Shown here: piece after piece, positions 62,163-64,000 of the stretch | How the letters are laid out: each line of letters begins with the position of its first letter | Numbering within the stretch: position 1 is the first letter of the stretch | NCBI RefSeq assembly: GCF_018977255.1 | Contig: NW_024704742.1 | Span: 68,264,001 to 68,328,000, forward strand | Direction of reading: 5' to 3' | Source: Callorhinchus milii | Lineage: Eukaryota | DNA: 64,000 nt | Position numbers and translations under genes: made by a program | Notes under the pieces: model-generated | Told to the model about the DNA's origin: nothing | The model's input: the letters and a program-made list of their open reading frames with translations, nothing else | The model's database searches: none

Positions 62163-62530
62163 TGAGTCCTGTAACATAGTGGTTAGTGTGCTTGCCTCAT
62201 ATGCGAGAGGACCCGCGTTTGATTCCCAGGCAGGGTGAAACCTTAAACAAGTTCCCTTACTCCACACACTTCTGTTTACCTAGTAGTAAGTAGGAACCTG
62301 GTTGTTATTCGACTGTCAGATCACTTTCCAGGAGTAATAATCACTCCCACGCCAAAAAATAAATTTGGTCACTCAATCCAGGAGTGTTTGTGGGATAATG
62401 TGTGTATGCAATTGGCTGCTGTGTTTTGCCGATAAAGTATACAGTCAATTCACTTTACACTATATTCTGTGAAGCGCTTTGAGACGTCTCAATGACATGA
62501 TAAGATGCTATATCAAATGCAAGGATTATT
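62163..62530 (+). mobile_element. SINE family B, full length
   Basis: gagtcctgtaacatagtggttag head, ctgtttacctagtagtaagtaggaacc middle, shared tail. Confidence 0.82.
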
Positions 62531-62956
62531 AATATTAAGGGAGGAATTATTTGAGAGGTTATAAAGTCAAGGTAGATAGGACGTTGGGAATGGATGCACA
62601 AGGTGGGGTTTAACTTGACTTCCTCCAATGCTCAAGCAATTTCTCCTAAGAGGTTGTATCAATGATAGAGTTGTTTTTGGAAGGTAAGAGCTAAATGAAT
62701 GGGGTGGAGGTGGGGGGGTGGTGGGGGGGTGATCTGGAGGCATAAGATCTGATGGCCCAAAGGCCATCTAGATCAATCTTGTGATCTTGTGAATGGATTG
62801 AAATGGCTTTTATTTATTCCTATTTTGTCTTCTTACCTTCAATGGCTGTGCCAAGAGAGGAAGTGTGAGAGACAACAACATGCATTTATATAGCCTTCAT
62901 GCAGGGCAACTCGCAGCACTTAAAGAGACAGACAAATACAGAGAAACACAGATAGA

Positions 62957-63255
62957 TTTTGTTTTGGGTAGCCAGATGTTTGCCAACAGCGGAAACCCAT
63001 CATCATGCTCTTAAAAGCATTCAAACCAAGCTGACAATTCCATGTATCCCACCTACACATGGACATCCCAGAGATAGATTGTTGGAATGGAATGTGCACT
63101 CTCTCCCTGGAGGGGCACATCCTGTTTACTTAATTCCTGAAAGTATTAGCCCGGTTGGTAAGAGCCAAGGCTTGGGGACCCCAGAGTGTGCGTTGGGATA
63201 ACTGCTGGAGTCGAACCAACTAAAACTACATAGCTTGCCATTGAGATTGCTGTCT
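62957..63255 (-). mobile_element. Family C repeat
   Basis: Aligns to the other family C copies. Confidence 0.72.
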
Positions 63256-64000
63256 ATATCTGATAGATATAGAAAAAGATGAATACAGAAAGAGAAAGAG
63301 AAAGAGAAAGAAAGAGAATCCAACAATCATTACTATAAACACATGTATATGCAAGAAAGTTAACAGAAAGGACTGTTGAGTTAGACTGGGCATCAAACAT
63401 GCACATCAGTAAACTGAATAAGTATGTAACCTTTCGGGTTAATACAATTTACATCAATTAATTGAAATGAATTCTGACAGATCACGGACTTGCAGGAAAA
63501 AATCATATTTTTCATTAAAATAATTGTCAAAATGTCCCATTAACAAGCCATTAACTAACTAATTTAATGTACAGATGCAAAATCAGAAGATATAATTGAT
63601 ACAGGACCTTAGCTTACACTCGTCATTTCACTCTCGCTGTGTCAGAGCAAAGCAGATAAGATGGAATGCATTCCATGAGTGTAGTTTTCTAACACTCCAA
63701 AGTGAAGTCTGAATAATTCTTGCATTTGTTATATAGTACCGTTTCACATCAGGAAGACTTCTTAAAGGGCACAGGGTTTACTGTAAAGTGTTGTGACTGT
63801 GAACTTATAGATGAACGTGGCAGATTATGGGCCAATGCCCTAGGAGAAACTCCCTTCTCTTTTCAAATAGTGCTGTGGGTTCTTTAATGTCCTCCTGAAC
63901 AAAGAGAGGCAAGAGGTTTAACATCTCACCCGAAGGATGATGCCTCCATCAATGCAGCATTCCCCCAGCACTGCACTGTAATGTAGACCTAGACTAAGTA

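Overview
Vertebrate genomic DNA, most likely from a cartilaginous fish (inferred from the L2/CR1/Deu-type SINE repeat landscape and the vasotocin precursor; possibly a holocephalan, unverified). It holds the conserved neurohypophysial-hormone neighbourhood, all on the + strand. In order: the last coding exon of LZTS3/ProSAPiP1 (1678-2424); a GC-box/ETS promoter with a short first exon (~23700-23802) wedged between a ~2.9 kb minisatellite and a ~1.35 kb G/T tract; FASTKD5 nested in UBOX5 intron 1 (5' part lost in a 25-N gap, one apparent -1 frameshift); UBOX5 (5 coding exons, 518 aa); and a complete 3-exon arginine-vasotocin gene (163 aa; [31 protein letters not shown]). No oxytocin-family gene is visible. 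Most of the rest is L2 and CR1 LINE fragments, two tRNA-headed SINE families with a shared 3' half, an unidentified poly(A)-tailed repeat, small TA-flanked MITEs and a palindromic element with hammerhead-ribozyme cores. I found no convincing wholly new system. The best leads are the non-canonical vasotocin processing sites, the hammerhead palindrome, the twin MITEs downstream of LZTS3, an apparently extra UBOX5 intron and inverted repeat pairs around UBOX5 exons. Homology calls come from recall of the families, not from searches.
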